Positions 25,878 to 35,777 of a stretch of 64,000 nucleotides of DNA are shown in pieces. This stretch comes from Pseudomonadota bacterium. Lineage in GTDB: Archaea; Thermoplasmatota; SW-10-69-26; JACQPN01; JAJPHT01. A program made the translations under genes and the position numbers. Below the pieces are notes generated by a model, which was given only the letters and a program-made list of their open reading frames with translations, searched no databases and had not been told where the DNA came from. Location of the stretch: positions 64,001 to 128,000 of the forward strand of contig JAJPHT010000015.1 of assembly GCA_021325135.1 (NCBI GenBank). Direction: 5' to 3'. Every line of letters starts with the position of its first letter. The first letter of the stretch is position 1.

Positions 25878-27404
25878 TCACTCGCCCTTGCCCTTGCGGC
25901 GGCGCCGCGTCGCCACCAGGGCGATGGGCGTGCCCACGAGGAGCACGAGGACGATGACGGCGAGCAGCACGACGGGCCAGAACTTCGCGAGCACGAAGCT
26001 GGGCGTCACCGCCATGGCGACCGCGGCGTGCGCGCTGTCCCCCGAGGGCGTCACCACGAACTGGTCGCGCCCGTCGGCGGCCTTTCCTTGCGTGCCCGTG
26101 CCGCCGGTCACGTCGAGGCCCGCGACGGCGAGCCCCTTGGGCAGGATCACGGTGTACGAAGTGTCCAGCGACTGCACCTTGGGGAAGTCGAACGCCTGGT
26201 GGACGGTGTAGAGCGCGATGGCGGCGCCGGAGGAGGACGAGCCCGAGAGGGGCTTCGTGAACGCGGCGTGCGCGGTGAACGTCACGGGCTTGTCGCCCGA
26301 GGGGGGCGTGGAGATGAGCGCAGGGTCCAGCGTCGCGGGGTCGATGCCGCCGGCCACGTCCACGTCCTGGCCCAGCGCGCTCTTGAGGTTGTCCGCGAGG
26401 CGCGCGCGCAGGTCCGTCTCGATGGAGGTCACGTTGTCGGCGGTGAGGAGGCCGCTCTTCTTGAGGAGGCGCAGCCCGTCCGCGCTGAGGTAGTCCAGCG
26501 CGACGTTGTCGCCCAGGCGCGCCTTGAAGCTCGCGGGGATCGCGAGGACGTTGAGCTGGCCGGTCACCGTGACCTGGACGTGGAGCGTGCCGAAGTCGCC
26601 CTTCACGGCCTTGCCCAGCGTGACGTCGAGGCTCTGGAGGTCGACCACGACGCCCAGGTCCGCCTTCTGCGCGTGGAAGACGGGCGCGTCGGTGGAGCCC
26701 AGCGTGGCGCTGACGCCCTGCGACCGGGCCGCAGAGCCTTGGGCGTTCTCGATGGAGATCGTCCACGCCTTGCCGTCCGCGGAGAGCGAGCCCGCGCTGG
26801 GCGAGGCGAAGGCCAGCGCCGCGGGCGCGGCGGGCGCGTGGAGCGTGTAGATGGTGTCGTAGCCCGCCTGCGAGGTGAGGGAGAAGGTGGAGCGCACCTG
26901 CGCGCCGACCTCGAAGACGGCGGCCAGCTGCTCGTCGGTGACGCCCTGGAGCGCGGGGTCGTCGGCGTCGCGGACGATCTGCGCGGAGAGGGTCATGTTC
27001 ACCGGGTCGTAGACGCCGCGGCCGGGCGTGTTGGCGAGGGTGGCCTGGTCCACGACGGCGTCGCCCACCGTCACGTTGGCGTGGGGGAAGGCGGCCTCCA
27101 GGCTCCCCTTGAGGTCCGACTGCGCGGAGGTGGTGAGCTTCCCCAGGAGGTCCGCCCGCTCCGAGGGCGAGCCCGCGTCGTAGGCCCGCACGAGGTCGCG
27201 CGCCGTCGTGGGCTTGCCGTCGACGGGGATGAGGTGGACCGCCAGGGCCCCGGCGAAGGCCAGGTGCCGGAGGTCGGGCTGCGAGAGGTCGAACCGGGCG
27301 TCCACCCACTGGGAGGCCCCAGGGGCCGGCGCGGTCGCGGCCGCCACGACGGGAGCGAGGAGGAGGGCGGCGACGAGGGCAACGGGCAAGAGGCGAAGCT
27401 GCAT
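25878..27404 (-). CDS. Cell-surface protein with C-terminal TM anchor
   Basis: Signal peptide, C-terminal hydrophobic helix followed by RRRRKGK. Confidence 0.8.
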   Translation of the reverse strand: MQLRLLPVALVAALLLAPVVAAATAPAPGASQWVDARFDLSQPDLRHLAFAGALAVHLIPVDGKPTTARDLVRAYDAGSPSERADLLGKLTTSAQSDLKGSLEAAFPHANVTVGDAVVDQATLANTPGRGVYDPVNMTLSAQIVRDADDPALQGVTDEQLAAVFEVGAQVRSTFSLTSQAGYDTIYTLHAPAAPAALAFASPSAGSLSADGKAWTISIENAQGSAARSQGVSATLGSTDAPVFHAQKADLGVVVDLQSLDVTLGKAVKGDFGTLHVQVTVTGQLNVLAIPASFKARLGDNVALDYLSADGLRLLKKSGLLTADNVTSIETDLRARLADNLKSALGQDVDVAGGIDPATLDPALISTPPSGDKPVTFTAHAAFTKPLSGSSSSGAAIALYTVHQAFDFPKVQSLDTSYTVILPKGLAVAGLDVTGGTGTQGKAADGRDQFVVTPSGDSAHAAVAMAVTPSFVLAKFWPVVLLAVIVLVLLVGTPIALVATRRRRKGKGE

Positions 27405-27406
27405 TC

Positions 27407-28519
27407 GTGACACCCTGGCTGGTCGGTCGCTTGGATGCCGGGCACCCGGATAAGAAGCCTGCGTTTGTGGTGGAGCGACGCCACGCCGAGGCCGTGATCC
27501 GCGCGCTCCAGGCCGAGGGCCTCCTCGACCCGGCGCGGAAGATCGTCGCAGGCCCCGAGGTGACGATCCCGGTGCGCGCCCGCGGGGACCTGGCCGCCCT
27601 CGCGCAGCGCGTGGGGGCGCGTCTCGTGCCGGACGCCGAGGCGCCCGCCCGCGAGGGGCGCGTCGCGCCGCGGGAGAGGGTGGTCGCCCTGCTGCGCGGC
27701 CGCCTGGAGGATCGCCTCCTCGCGCAGGTGCCCGACAAGTGGGAGCAGCACGGCGACGTGCTGGTCCTGCGCATGCCCGACGCGCTCCTGCCCGCGGGGC
27801 GCGAGGTGGCGCAGGCGTTCGCCGAGGTCCTCGGCCTCAAGACGGTGCTCCACGACCCGGCGGGCGTCGCGGGCGAGCTTCGCGAGATGCGCGCGGTCCC
27901 CCTCCTGGGCGACGACCCGGTGGCGCTCCACGTGGAGAACGGCGTGCGATATCGTTTCGACGCCTCGCGCATCATGTTCAGCAGCGGCAACCTCGCCGAG
28001 CGCATGCGCGTCGCGGCGCTCCCCGTGGAGGGCGAGACGATTGTCGACATGTTCGCGGGCATCGGCTACTTCACGCTCCCCCTGGCCGTCCACGCGCGGC
28101 CCGCGCGCATCCATGCGCTGGAGAAGAACCCCCTCTCCCACCGCTACCTCGTGGAGAACGTCGCCCTCAACGGCGTGGCCCACGTCGTCGAGCCCTGGCT
28201 GGGCGACAACCGGGAGTTCCCCCGGGAGGGGATCGCGGACCGCGTGCTCATGGGCTACTTCCCCCGCACGCAGGATTTCCTCCCCAAGGCCCTCGCGCTC
28301 CTGAATCCCCCTGGGGGGACCTTGCATTACCACAACACGGCGCACGCGGAGTCGTGGAAGGAGGAGATGGAGGGGCAGGTCCGCGCCGCTTGCTCGGCGG
28401 CCGGGGGGACCTGCGAGGTGGCGGACGCGCGCGTCGTGAAGACGCACAGCCCGGGCGTGGTCCACGCGGTTGTGGAAGTGCGTGTCAAAGCGGGGGGTTC
28501 GGGGGGCGCAGCCCCCTGA
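27407..28519 (+). CDS. taw2: Taw2/TYW2-Trm5 family tRNA SAM-dependent transferase (true start may lie slightly downstream)
   Basis: ENGVRY.FD...MFS.GN..ER, DMFAGIGYFTLP, EKNP, GDNR, DRVLMGY, LHYH. Confidence 0.85.
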   Translation: MTPWLVGRLDAGHPDKKPAFVVERRHAEAVIRALQAEGLLDPARKIVAGPEVTIPVRARGDLAALAQRVGARLVPDAEAPAREGRVAPRERVVALLRGRLEDRLLAQVPDKWEQHGDVLVLRMPDALLPAGREVAQAFAEVLGLKTVLHDPAGVAGELREMRAVPLLGDDPVALHVENGVRYRFDASRIMFSSGNLAERMRVAALPVEGETIVDMFAGIGYFTLPLAVHARPARIHALEKNPLSHRYLVENVALNGVAHVVEPWLGDNREFPREGIADRVLMGYFPRTQDFLPKALALLNPPGGTLHYHNTAHAESWKEEMEGQVRAACSAAGGTCEVADARVVKTHSPGVVHAVVEVRVKAGGSGGAAP

Positions 28520-28578
28520 CGTCTTGATCGTCGGATCAGGAAACGAAACGTCAGGGGGCTGCGCCCCCCGAACCCCCC
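28492..28578. repeat. REP-like palindromic element family B, copy 1
   Basis: Perfect 31-bp inverted repeat 28492-28522 / 28548-28578. Confidence 0.9.
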
Positions 28579-28616
28579 ATGGGTGCGCGCGCTGCGGCGC
28601 GCGCGACGAGCCTGGG

Positions 28617-29420
28617 CTACGCGGTCCTCAGCGTCACGGGGAAGCCGAGGCCGCCGATCTCCGCCAGGACGCCCTCGACGGTGGGGCCGTTGTCCTGGTA
28701 CGGGGGGAGCTGGACGCCCGCCACGCTGCCGCTCACGATGCCCAGCGCCTTGCCCGTGGGCTCGTGCAGGATGGGGCCGCCCGAGTCGCCGGGCACCGTG
28801 CTGCCCACCTCGACGTAGGAGGTCGGCGTGTCGCTGTAGAGGACGCCCACGTGGTTCTCGCGGAGCACCTGCACGTCGCTGTACGCGACGCCGTGGCCCG
28901 AGTGGAGGAGGGGATCGCCCAGGCTCGTCTCGGTGTAGTGTGTGACGCCCGAGGGCATGCCCGGGTGGCCGCGCACCTCGCCCACGACGCGGCTCACGTA
29001 GGCGGGCTTGACCTCCAGGAGCGCGAAGTCCAGCTGCGTGCCGGGGATGCCGTTCTCCACGGACGTGCCGCCGTTCACGCTGTCGCCGTAGTCGCCGATG
29101 TAGGCCACCGTCGCGAAGGACGCCGCGTCGGTGTGGCCCAGCAGGTAGCCGCCGTTGTTGGTGCCCTGCTGGCTGATGCCCGTGACGTGGTCGAGCGTCG
29201 CGGAGCGGTCGCCCGCGATGCAGTGGGCCGCCGTGCCGACGTAGACCTTGCCGGCCAAGGCGCCCGTGCCGTCGAAGACGAAGTTGAGGGTGCAGACCTC
29301 GCTGCCGTTGATGATGATCATGTCGCCCGGCTGGATCGTCGGGCCCGCCGCCTCGACGGGCTGCGGGAGCATGGCGAAGACCAGGGCAGCAGCCCCCAAG
29401 GTGAGAAGAACGCGTCGCAT
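28617..29420 (-). CDS. Secreted trypsin-like (S1) serine protease
   Basis: Signal peptide; CT, GTAAHC, DFALL, GDSGGP. Confidence 0.9.
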   Translation of the reverse strand: MRRVLLTLGAAALVFAMLPQPVEAAGPTIQPGDMIIINGSEVCTLNFVFDGTGALAGKVYVGTAAHCIAGDRSATLDHVTGISQQGTNNGGYLLGHTDAASFATVAYIGDYGDSVNGGTSVENGIPGTQLDFALLEVKPAYVSRVVGEVRGHPGMPSGVTHYTETSLGDPLLHSGHGVAYSDVQVLRENHVGVLYSDTPTSYVEVGSTVPGDSGGPILHEPTGKALGIVSGSVAGVQLPPYQDNGPTVEGVLAEIGGLGFPVTLRTA

Positions 29421-29536
29421 GTGCTGGATAGCCTCCGGCTGGGAGGGCGCTCAGGGGGTCTTGAGGGTGGTGTCGCCCCTTGGAGGGACGGAAGCCGAAA
29501 ACGTTCAAGCCCGCCCCCTCGTCTGCGCCGCCCGCC

Positions 29537-30058
29537 GTGACGCTGCGCCTCGTCGTCTACCACGTCTCGCAGGACGACCCGAAGAAGAACACGGCGCGGA
29601 AGGTCGCGCGCTTCGAGATGGCGGAGCTCGTGGATCGCGTCAACCGCATCCCGCGGGGCGCGCTCCTCCTGGACCCCTTCGCGGAGCAGGCGCTCTCGCC
29701 GGCGGACCGCGCGGACGCGGAGCGCTGCGGCGTCGTGGCGCTGGACTGCTCGTGGAAGCTCGCGGAGGAGGTCTTTCCCGAGGCGCGCTCGCGCGCGCAG
29801 CCCCGCGCGCTGCCCTACCTGCTGGCGACGAACCCGGTGAACTATGGCAAGGCGTTCCAGCTCTCCACCGTCGAGGCGCTGGCCGCCGCGTGCTGGATCC
29901 TCGGGGAGCGGCCGCAGGCGGAGGCGCTCATGTCGAAGTTCGGCTGGGGGCACACGTTCGTGGAGACCAACGCGAACCCGCTCAACGACTACGCCTCGTC
30001 GCGCAACAGCGCGGAGGTCCTGCGCCACCAGGCCGAGTACCTGGGCCCTACTTCGTGA
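29537..30058 (+). CDS. tsr3: 16S rRNA aminocarboxypropyltransferase Tsr3
   Basis: QDDPKKNT, LSPAD, LDCSW, RALPYLLATNPVNYG..LSTVEALAAA, FGWG.TF. Confidence 0.93.
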   Translation: MTLRLVVYHVSQDDPKKNTARKVARFEMAELVDRVNRIPRGALLLDPFAEQALSPADRADAERCGVVALDCSWKLAEEVFPEARSRAQPRALPYLLATNPVNYGKAFQLSTVEALAAACWILGERPQAEALMSKFGWGHTFVETNANPLNDYASSRNSAEVLRHQAEYLGPTS

Positions 30059-30332
30059 GGCGCTCGTCGCGCCGGCGCGCGTCGTACTCGCGCTTCTGCT
30101 GCGCCAGCTCGTCCAGCCGCAGCGGCACGAGCTGGAAGAAGAACCCCACGAGCCCCAGCGCGAGGCCCGCGAGCCCCATGAGGACGCTGAGGAAAAGATA
30201 GCCCGCGCCGCCGTAGAGCGTGAGGAACGCGGCGAAGACGAGGAGCGTGAGCCCCAGCACCACGATGGCGGCGGAGACGATGCGCGTCGCGAGGCCGCGC
30301 GCGCGCTCCCGCTGCCGCGCCAGGGTGCTCAT
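30048..30332 (-). CDS. Small two-TM membrane protein
   Basis: Two hydrophobic helices and charged tail. Confidence 0.65.
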   Translation of the reverse strand: MSTLARQRERARGLATRIVSAAIVVLGLTLLVFAAFLTLYGGAGYLFLSVLMGLAGLALGLVGFFFQLVPLRLDELAQQKREYDARRRDERLTK

Positions 30333-30385
30333 GGGGCGCGGTGAGGCAGCGGGGCCCGTAAAGGTTTGCGACCGTTCCGGTCGCG

Positions 30386-30437
30386 CGAAGCGTATTTATA
30401 TGGCTCCCGGCGTGGCCAGCGCTGTCCCAGGTGACCC
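30386..30437 (+). promoter_or_regulatory. BRE/TATA promoter and SD for rpl40e
   Basis: gaagcgtaTTTATAtg at about 30387-30402; aggtga SD before ATG. Confidence 0.6.
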
Positions 30438-30441
30438 TCAC

Positions 30442-30591
30442 ATGGCCAAGTTCGCTGAGGCGGAGGCCCGCACCCTCGTCAAGAAGATCTGCATGAACTG
30501 CTACGCGCGGAACCCCGTCCGCGCGACGCGCTGCCGCAAGTGCCGCAGCCAAGAGCTTCGCGTCAAGGCCAAGGAAGGCCGCGGCGTGTAA
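30442..30591 (+). CDS. rpl40e: 50S ribosomal protein L40e
   Basis: [10 protein letters not shown]...[19 protein letters not shown]...LR.K.KE. Confidence 0.95.
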   Translation: MAKFAEAEARTLVKKICMNCYARNPVRATRCRKCRSQELRVKAKEGRGV

Positions 30592-30706
30592 GCCCGTCCA
30601 GGGCCTTCGCGCCCTGGACCCGTCAGTCCCCCTTCTCCGAGCCTCGGCGCTGCGCCTCCGACACCGTTTTGCCTGGGGCGGCGCGTGCCCGTCGCGAGGC
30701 TTGCGC

Positions 30707-31009
30707 ATGCGCTTCCCCACGCTTCTCGTCCCCCTGGCCATCCTCGGCAGCTTCCTCGTCCTCGCCCCTGCGGCCGACGCCAAGCTGCCCATCCCCTCCT
30801 GCGTCGGCGTCCCGTGCGTCAGCGTCGCGCCGCCCACCTACGTGGGCGCTGACGTCGAGTGCCACGTGGTCGTGAACGCCGTGTTCGACGTGGTCTCCTG
30901 CGCGGTGGACGGCGGCCACGTCTCCGCCGCGGACGCCCTCTGCGAGCTCTGCCTCGGCGTCACCTTCGTCGACTGCGAGGCGGGCACGGCGGCCATCGAC
31001 TGCCGCTGA
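30707..31009 (+). CDS. Small secreted 8-Cys protein
   Basis: Signal peptide ending AADA; eight Cys in 75-aa mature part. Confidence 0.7.
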   Translation: MRFPTLLVPLAILGSFLVLAPAADAKLPIPSCVGVPCVSVAPPTYVGADVECHVVVNAVFDVVSCAVDGGHVSAADALCELCLGVTFVDCEAGTAAIDCR

Positions 31010-31077
31010 GCCCCGTTGGGGAACGGCCCGCCCTTTCCCCAACCTTCAATCCCTTGGCCCGCCGAAGCCGCGCTGGC

Positions 31078-31452
31078 ATGCGCCGCACCCTCTCCACCCT
31101 CCTCTTCGCCCTGGGCGCGCTGATGATCGCCCTCGCGGCGCTTCTCTTCGTCTCGGCCCGCGTGCGGCCCGCGCAGGGGCTCGAGGACCTGGGCTGGATC
31201 GTCATGGCCCTCCTGCTCGTCGCGCTGGCGGGCGTCCCCTTCTCCGTGGGCCTGCTCATGGCGCCCGAGGCGCGGCATCGCACCATCGTCCTGGCCAGCC
31301 TGGGCTGCCTCCTGGCGGCCGTCCCCGCCGCGGGCTTCCTCACCGCGGGCACGACGGCGCTCACCGCCATCGGCGTCGTCGCGCTGGCGCTGGCGGCGGC
31401 GGGGATCGCGCGCGGCGTGCGGCTCTGGCGCCCACGCCCGGCGTCGAAGTAG
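31078..31452 (+). CDS. Four-TM membrane protein
   Basis: Hydrophobicity pattern. Confidence 0.65.
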   Translation: MRRTLSTLLFALGALMIALAALLFVSARVRPAQGLEDLGWIVMALLLVALAGVPFSVGLLMAPEARHRTIVLASLGCLLAAVPAAGFLTAGTTALTAIGVVALALAAAGIARGVRLWRPRPASK

Positions 31453-31609
31453 CAGGCAAGGGTCAAACCTTCCCGGAGGACCCTGCCAACAGGCCCGGCT
31501 TCGCGCGCAGGCTCTGGCCCCGTGGCCCGCCCCCGCCTCGTCCGGCGCGAGGACGACGCTGCCCCTGAGGCACCTTTAAGGGCGAGCACGGGTAAGCGCC
31601 GCCGTCCCC

Positions 31610-34195
31610 ATGCCCCTCTCCCGCGTCGCCACCACGTTCCGGCTGCCCCTCGCCCCGCAGCGGCAGGCGCAGCGCGTGGAGCTTCTGGCCCCGGCGGGCA
31701 GCTTCGAGGCGCTCGTCGCTGCGGTGGAGAACGGCGCGGACGCCGTGTACCTGGCGGGGCAGCACTTCGGCGCGCGCAAGTTCGCGCGGAACTTCACCGA
31801 CGAGGAGCTTCGCCGCGGCATCGACTTCGCCCACGTGCGCGGCGTGAAGGTCTTCGTCACGGTCAACACGCTGGTCTTCAACGAGGAGTTCCGCGACCTC
31901 GTGCCGTTCCTCGCCACCATCCGCGAGGCGGGCGCGGACGCCATCATCGTGCAGGACCTGGGCGTCATGAAGGTCCTGCGGAGCCTCTTCCCCGACCTGC
32001 CGCTGCACATCAGCACCCAGGCGACCGTCCACAACAGCAAGGGGGTCCACTGGCTGGAGGACCTGGGCGCCGAGCGCGCGATCCTCGCCCGCGAGATGAC
32101 GCTCAAGGACATCGTGCAGATGAAGGAGAGGACGGGCGCGGAGCTGGAGACGTTCGTCCACGGCGCGCTCTGCTACTGCTACTCGGGCCAATGCCTCATG
32201 TCCTCCCTCATCGGCGAGAGGAGCGGCAACCGCGGCGCGTGCGCCTACACCTGCCGCCTGCCCTACGACATGACGCAGGGGGGCGAGGTCATGCCCGACG
32301 TGGAGCAGAAGCACGTGCTCTCCTCCAAGGACCTCAACCAGATCGAGAGCATCCCCAAGCTCATCGAGTCGGGCGTCACGTCGTTCAAGATCGAGGGCCG
32401 CATGAAGCGCCCCGAGTACGTCGCGGTCGTCACGCGCGCGTACCGCAACGCCATCGACCGCCACTACGCGGGGAACTTCCACGTCACGCCGGAGGAGCAC
32501 GAGGCCGTGATGCACGTGTTCAACCGCGAGTTCACGCCGGGCTACCTCGAAGGCAAGGAGAAGTGGGCGTTCACCTCGTGGGACACCGACGGCAACCGCG
32601 GGACGCCCCTGGGCGAGGTCGTGGAGGCGGGGCGCGGCTACGTCAAGGTGCGCCTCGCGGAGCCGCTGCGCGTGAAGGACGGCATCAGCGTCGTCCACAT
32701 GCCCACGTGGGGCCACGAGAAGGGGGGCGAGCCGGAGGAGTACGGCTTCACCGTCACGCAGATCGACTTCGCGGGCCGCTGGGTCACCGAGGCCGATCCC
32801 GGCATGGTCGTCTCCCTCAAGGGGAACGCCAAGGCCAGCGTGGGCGACAAGGTCTACAAGACGGCGGACTTCGACACGCTGGAGGCCGCGCGCCTGACGT
32901 TCACGGGCGTCCCGCTGCGCCGCGTCGGCGTCTCGCTGCGCGCCCGCGTCGAGGTGGGCAGGCCCATCGCGGTCGAGCTTCGCGACGAGGAGCGCGGCGT
33001 CGCGGCGCGCCACGAGGGGTTCGTCGTCCAGCCCGCGCGCAAGGCGCCCCTTGCCGAGGCCACCGTGCGCGAGCAGCTCACGAAGCTCACCGACACCGTC
33101 TTCGAGGCCGACGCGATCGATATCACGGTGGGGCCCGGCGCGTTCGCGCCCCTCTCGGAGCTGAACGAGGCGCGCCGGGGCGCGGTCGCCGCGCTGGAGC
33201 GCGCCATCGCGGAGCGCGCGCACCGGGCTCCGCTCGCCGACCTCGACGTGAAGGCCGCGCGCCTGCTCACGTTCCCCGAGGTGGACCGCAGCGCGCGGAC
33301 GCTGGACCTGGCGGTCAACTGCTGGGGCCTCGCCAACGTGCGCGCGGCGCTGGAGGGCGGAGCGAAGACCGTCTACTTCAGCGGCCTCAAGGTGGGCGGC
33401 CTCCAGCCCAGGTGGGACTCCGTCGCGGAGGCCGCGGCGCTCGCCGAGGAGCACGGCGCGAAGCTCTGGCTCGCCAGCGGCATGATCCAGAAGGACTGGG
33501 AGGTGGAGGCGCTCCGCGCCGCCGTGCGCGAGGCCCGCGCGAGCCCCGCGTTCGCGGGCGTGCTCGCGGGCAACCACGGCGCGTGCCAGGTGGCGAAGGA
33601 GGAGGGCGTGCCCTTCGTCGCGGACTGGCCGCTCAACGTCTACAACAGCGTGACCACCGACTTCCTCGTGGAGCACGGCGCCGCGCGCATCACGCTCTCG
33701 CCCGAATTGACGCTGGAGCAGATGGCGGACGTGGCGCGCCACACCGCGGCGCCCCTGGAGGCGCTGGTCCACGGCCGGCTCACGCTCATGACCAGCGAGT
33801 ACTGCAGCATCGGCCACGCGACGCGCTGCCAGATGCCCGGCGGCACGTGGGCGCCCTGCCACGACGCGGCGTACTCGCTCCAGGACCGCCTGGGCAAGCG
33901 CTTCCCCCTGGAGACCGACGGCGCGTGCCGCATGTACATCCTCAACTCGGTGGAGCTGGCGATGCTCAACCGGCTGCCCGACCTCGCGGCGGCGGGGCTC
34001 GACGTGCTCCGCATCGAGAGCATCGGCACGAAGCCCGACGCGCTGCGCGAGCAGGTCGCGCTCTACCGCGAGGCCATCGACGCGTGGAACGCGGACCCCT
34101 CGGGCTATCACCTGCCCAAGGGCCGCTGGAAGGCGCTGGAGCAGACGTGCCCCGACGGCTTCACCACCGGCCACTTCTACCGCGGGCCAGCGTGA
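31610..34195 (+). CDS. Peptidase U32 family (RlhA-like, DUF3656) Fe-S RNA hydroxylase
   Basis: ELLAPAG, HISTQ, ETFVHGALC..YSGQC.MS......SGNRG.C...CR, FKIEGRMK, FTTGHFYRG. Confidence 0.9.
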   Translation: MPLSRVATTFRLPLAPQRQAQRVELLAPAGSFEALVAAVENGADAVYLAGQHFGARKFARNFTDEELRRGIDFAHVRGVKVFVTVNTLVFNEEFRDLVPFLATIREAGADAIIVQDLGVMKVLRSLFPDLPLHISTQATVHNSKGVHWLEDLGAERAILAREMTLKDIVQMKERTGAELETFVHGALCYCYSGQCLMSSLIGERSGNRGACAYTCRLPYDMTQGGEVMPDVEQKHVLSSKDLNQIESIPKLIESGVTSFKIEGRMKRPEYVAVVTRAYRNAIDRHYAGNFHVTPEEHEAVMHVFNREFTPGYLEGKEKWAFTSWDTDGNRGTPLGEVVEAGRGYVKVRLAEPLRVKDGISVVHMPTWGHEKGGEPEEYGFTVTQIDFAGRWVTEADPGMVVSLKGNAKASVGDKVYKTADFDTLEAARLTFTGVPLRRVGVSLRARVEVGRPIAVELRDEERGVAARHEGFVVQPARKAPLAEATVREQLTKLTDTVFEADAIDITVGPGAFAPLSELNEARRGAVAALERAIAERAHRAPLADLDVKAARLLTFPEVDRSARTLDLAVNCWGLANVRAALEGGAKTVYFSGLKVGGLQPRWDSVAEAAALAEEHGAKLWLASGMIQKDWEVEALRAAVREARASPAFAGVLAGNHGACQVAKEEGVPFVADWPLNVYNSVTTDFLVEHGAARITLSPELTLEQMADVARHTAAPLEALVHGRLTLMTSEYCSIGHATRCQMPGGTWAPCHDAAYSLQDRLGKRFPLETDGACRMYILNSVELAMLNRLPDLAAAGLDVLRIESIGTKPDALREQVALYREAIDAWNADPSGYHLPKGRWKALEQTCPDGFTTGHFYRGPA

Positions 34196-35717
34196 GGACG
34201 ACCGCGAGCGCGGCGACGAGGCCCAGCCCCGGCGCGCGCTTCTCGGCGGGCGACGTCGCGGCGGGTGGCGAGGTCGTCGTGACGTTGCTCGCGGCCGGCG
34301 TCGGCGCGGCGACCACGGCCTCGGCGTCCACCTCCTGCGTGGTGGCGTTGCTGATGCCGTAGGCGTCCGTCACGGTGAGCCTCACCTCGTGCGGGCCGGG
34401 GGACGCGTAGCGGTGGCTCGCCGTGGGGCCCAGCGAGGAGGAGCCGTCCCCCCAGTCCCACGAGTAGGAGACGATGCGCCCTTCCCCCGCCGAGCCGAAG
34501 GCGTCGCCCGTGACTTCGAGGCCGCTGACGCTGAGCGTCATGCTGGGCGTCGGGGGCCGCGACGCGAGGGTCACGTTCTGGAACGCGGTGGAGGTCTGCC
34601 CGTAGCCGTCGGTCACGGTGAGCTGGATCGTGTGCCTGCCGGGCGTGGAGTAGACGTGCGTCGCGTTGGGCGTCGTCGTCTCGTCCGCGCCCGCCGAGGG
34701 GTCCCAGCGCCAGGCGTACCCCGTGAGGTTCCACCCCGTGGTGTTGGAGGCGTCCACGAGGACCTTCATGCCGTCGGCCACGGTGGCGCGGAACGTCGCG
34801 ACCGGGGGCACGACGCCCGGGGGCACGGAGACGTTGACCGAGTGGGAGACGTTGGCCTGCCCTCCGCGGTCGTCCTCCACGTGGAGCACGATCACGTACT
34901 GGCCTGCCGCGCCGTAGGTGTGCGTCGAGACGAGGTCCGACCCGATCTGCGGCTGCCCCAGGAGCGCCGCCGTGGCGCCCGGCGAGGACTGGCCGTCCCC
35001 CCACTCGTAGTACGACGCCTGGAGGGTGCCGTCGGGGTCGTAGGAGGCGGTGCCGTTCACGTCCACCGTGAGGTTGCTCACGGCCACGTCGAAGAGGGCG
35101 ACGGGGGGCTTGTTGGGCGGGCGGCTCGTCTGCGCGACGTGCGTGGCCGTCGCGGTGGCGCCCGCGTCGTCGGTCACGCGCAGCGTCACGGCGTAGTCGC
35201 CCGGCGCGCGGTACGAGTGCGCGGCCGAGACGCCCGACGCGTTGTCGCCGTCGCCCCAGTCCCACGCGTACTCCACGATGCGCCCGTCGGGGTCGGACGA
35301 CGCGCTGGCGTTGACCGTGGCGTTGAGCGCCGCCACCGTGAGGTTGAACTCGGCGACGGGGGGCTGGTTCGCCGCGGGCGCGGGCGTGGTCGCCGCGGGC
35401 GCCTGCACGACGACGGTGCCCGTCATGGACGGGTGGATCGCGCAATGATAGCTGTAGGTCCCGGGCGTCGGGAACGTCCGCTCGCACGTCGCCCCCGTGG
35501 ACGCGCTGGGGCAGTCGGCCGGGCCCCCCGCCGCATCGAACGTCACCGTGTGCGGGCCGCCTGACCACGTCCAGAGCACGCTGCCGCCCGCGGGGATGGT
35601 CACCGAGGCGGGCGAGAAGGAGAAGCTCGCCACCGTCACGGACGCGTCGGCCGCCCGCGCGACGGGCGCGAGCGGCGCGACCAGCAGCAGCGCGAAGAGC
35701 GCGAGGGCCAGACGCAT
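34161..35717 (-). CDS. Cupredoxin plus four PKD domains, PGF-CTERM-like anchor
   Basis: PHTVT..., YHCAIHPSM copper site; repeated YxWDWGDG...HxY; APGLGLVAALAVV...R tail. Confidence 0.88.
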   Translation of the reverse strand: MRLALALFALLLVAPLAPVARAADASVTVASFSFSPASVTIPAGGSVLWTWSGGPHTVTFDAAGGPADCPSASTGATCERTFPTPGTYSYHCAIHPSMTGTVVVQAPAATTPAPAANQPPVAEFNLTVAALNATVNASASSDPDGRIVEYAWDWGDGDNASGVSAAHSYRAPGDYAVTLRVTDDAGATATATHVAQTSRPPNKPPVALFDVAVSNLTVDVNGTASYDPDGTLQASYYEWGDGQSSPGATAALLGQPQIGSDLVSTHTYGAAGQYVIVLHVEDDRGGQANVSHSVNVSVPPGVVPPVATFRATVADGMKVLVDASNTTGWNLTGYAWRWDPSAGADETTTPNATHVYSTPGRHTIQLTVTDGYGQTSTAFQNVTLASRPPTPSMTLSVSGLEVTGDAFGSAGEGRIVSYSWDWGDGSSSLGPTASHRYASPGPHEVRLTVTDAYGISNATTQEVDAEAVVAAPTPAASNVTTTSPPAATSPAEKRAPGLGLVAALAVVLTLARGRSGRW

Positions 35718-35777
35718 GCGACCGCGCAACGGAGGCCCGAAGGATCAAGACCGCTCCCTACGGACCTCCCAATCCTC

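Noticed and set aside
27404-27407. Divergent start codons only 2 bp apart
   Set aside because: The Taw2 start is uncertain and probably lies further downstream
31610-34195. Collagenase activity acting on the Gly-rich proteins
   Set aside because: U32 proteins with this Cys motif are established Fe-S hydroxylation factors, and this one has no signal peptide
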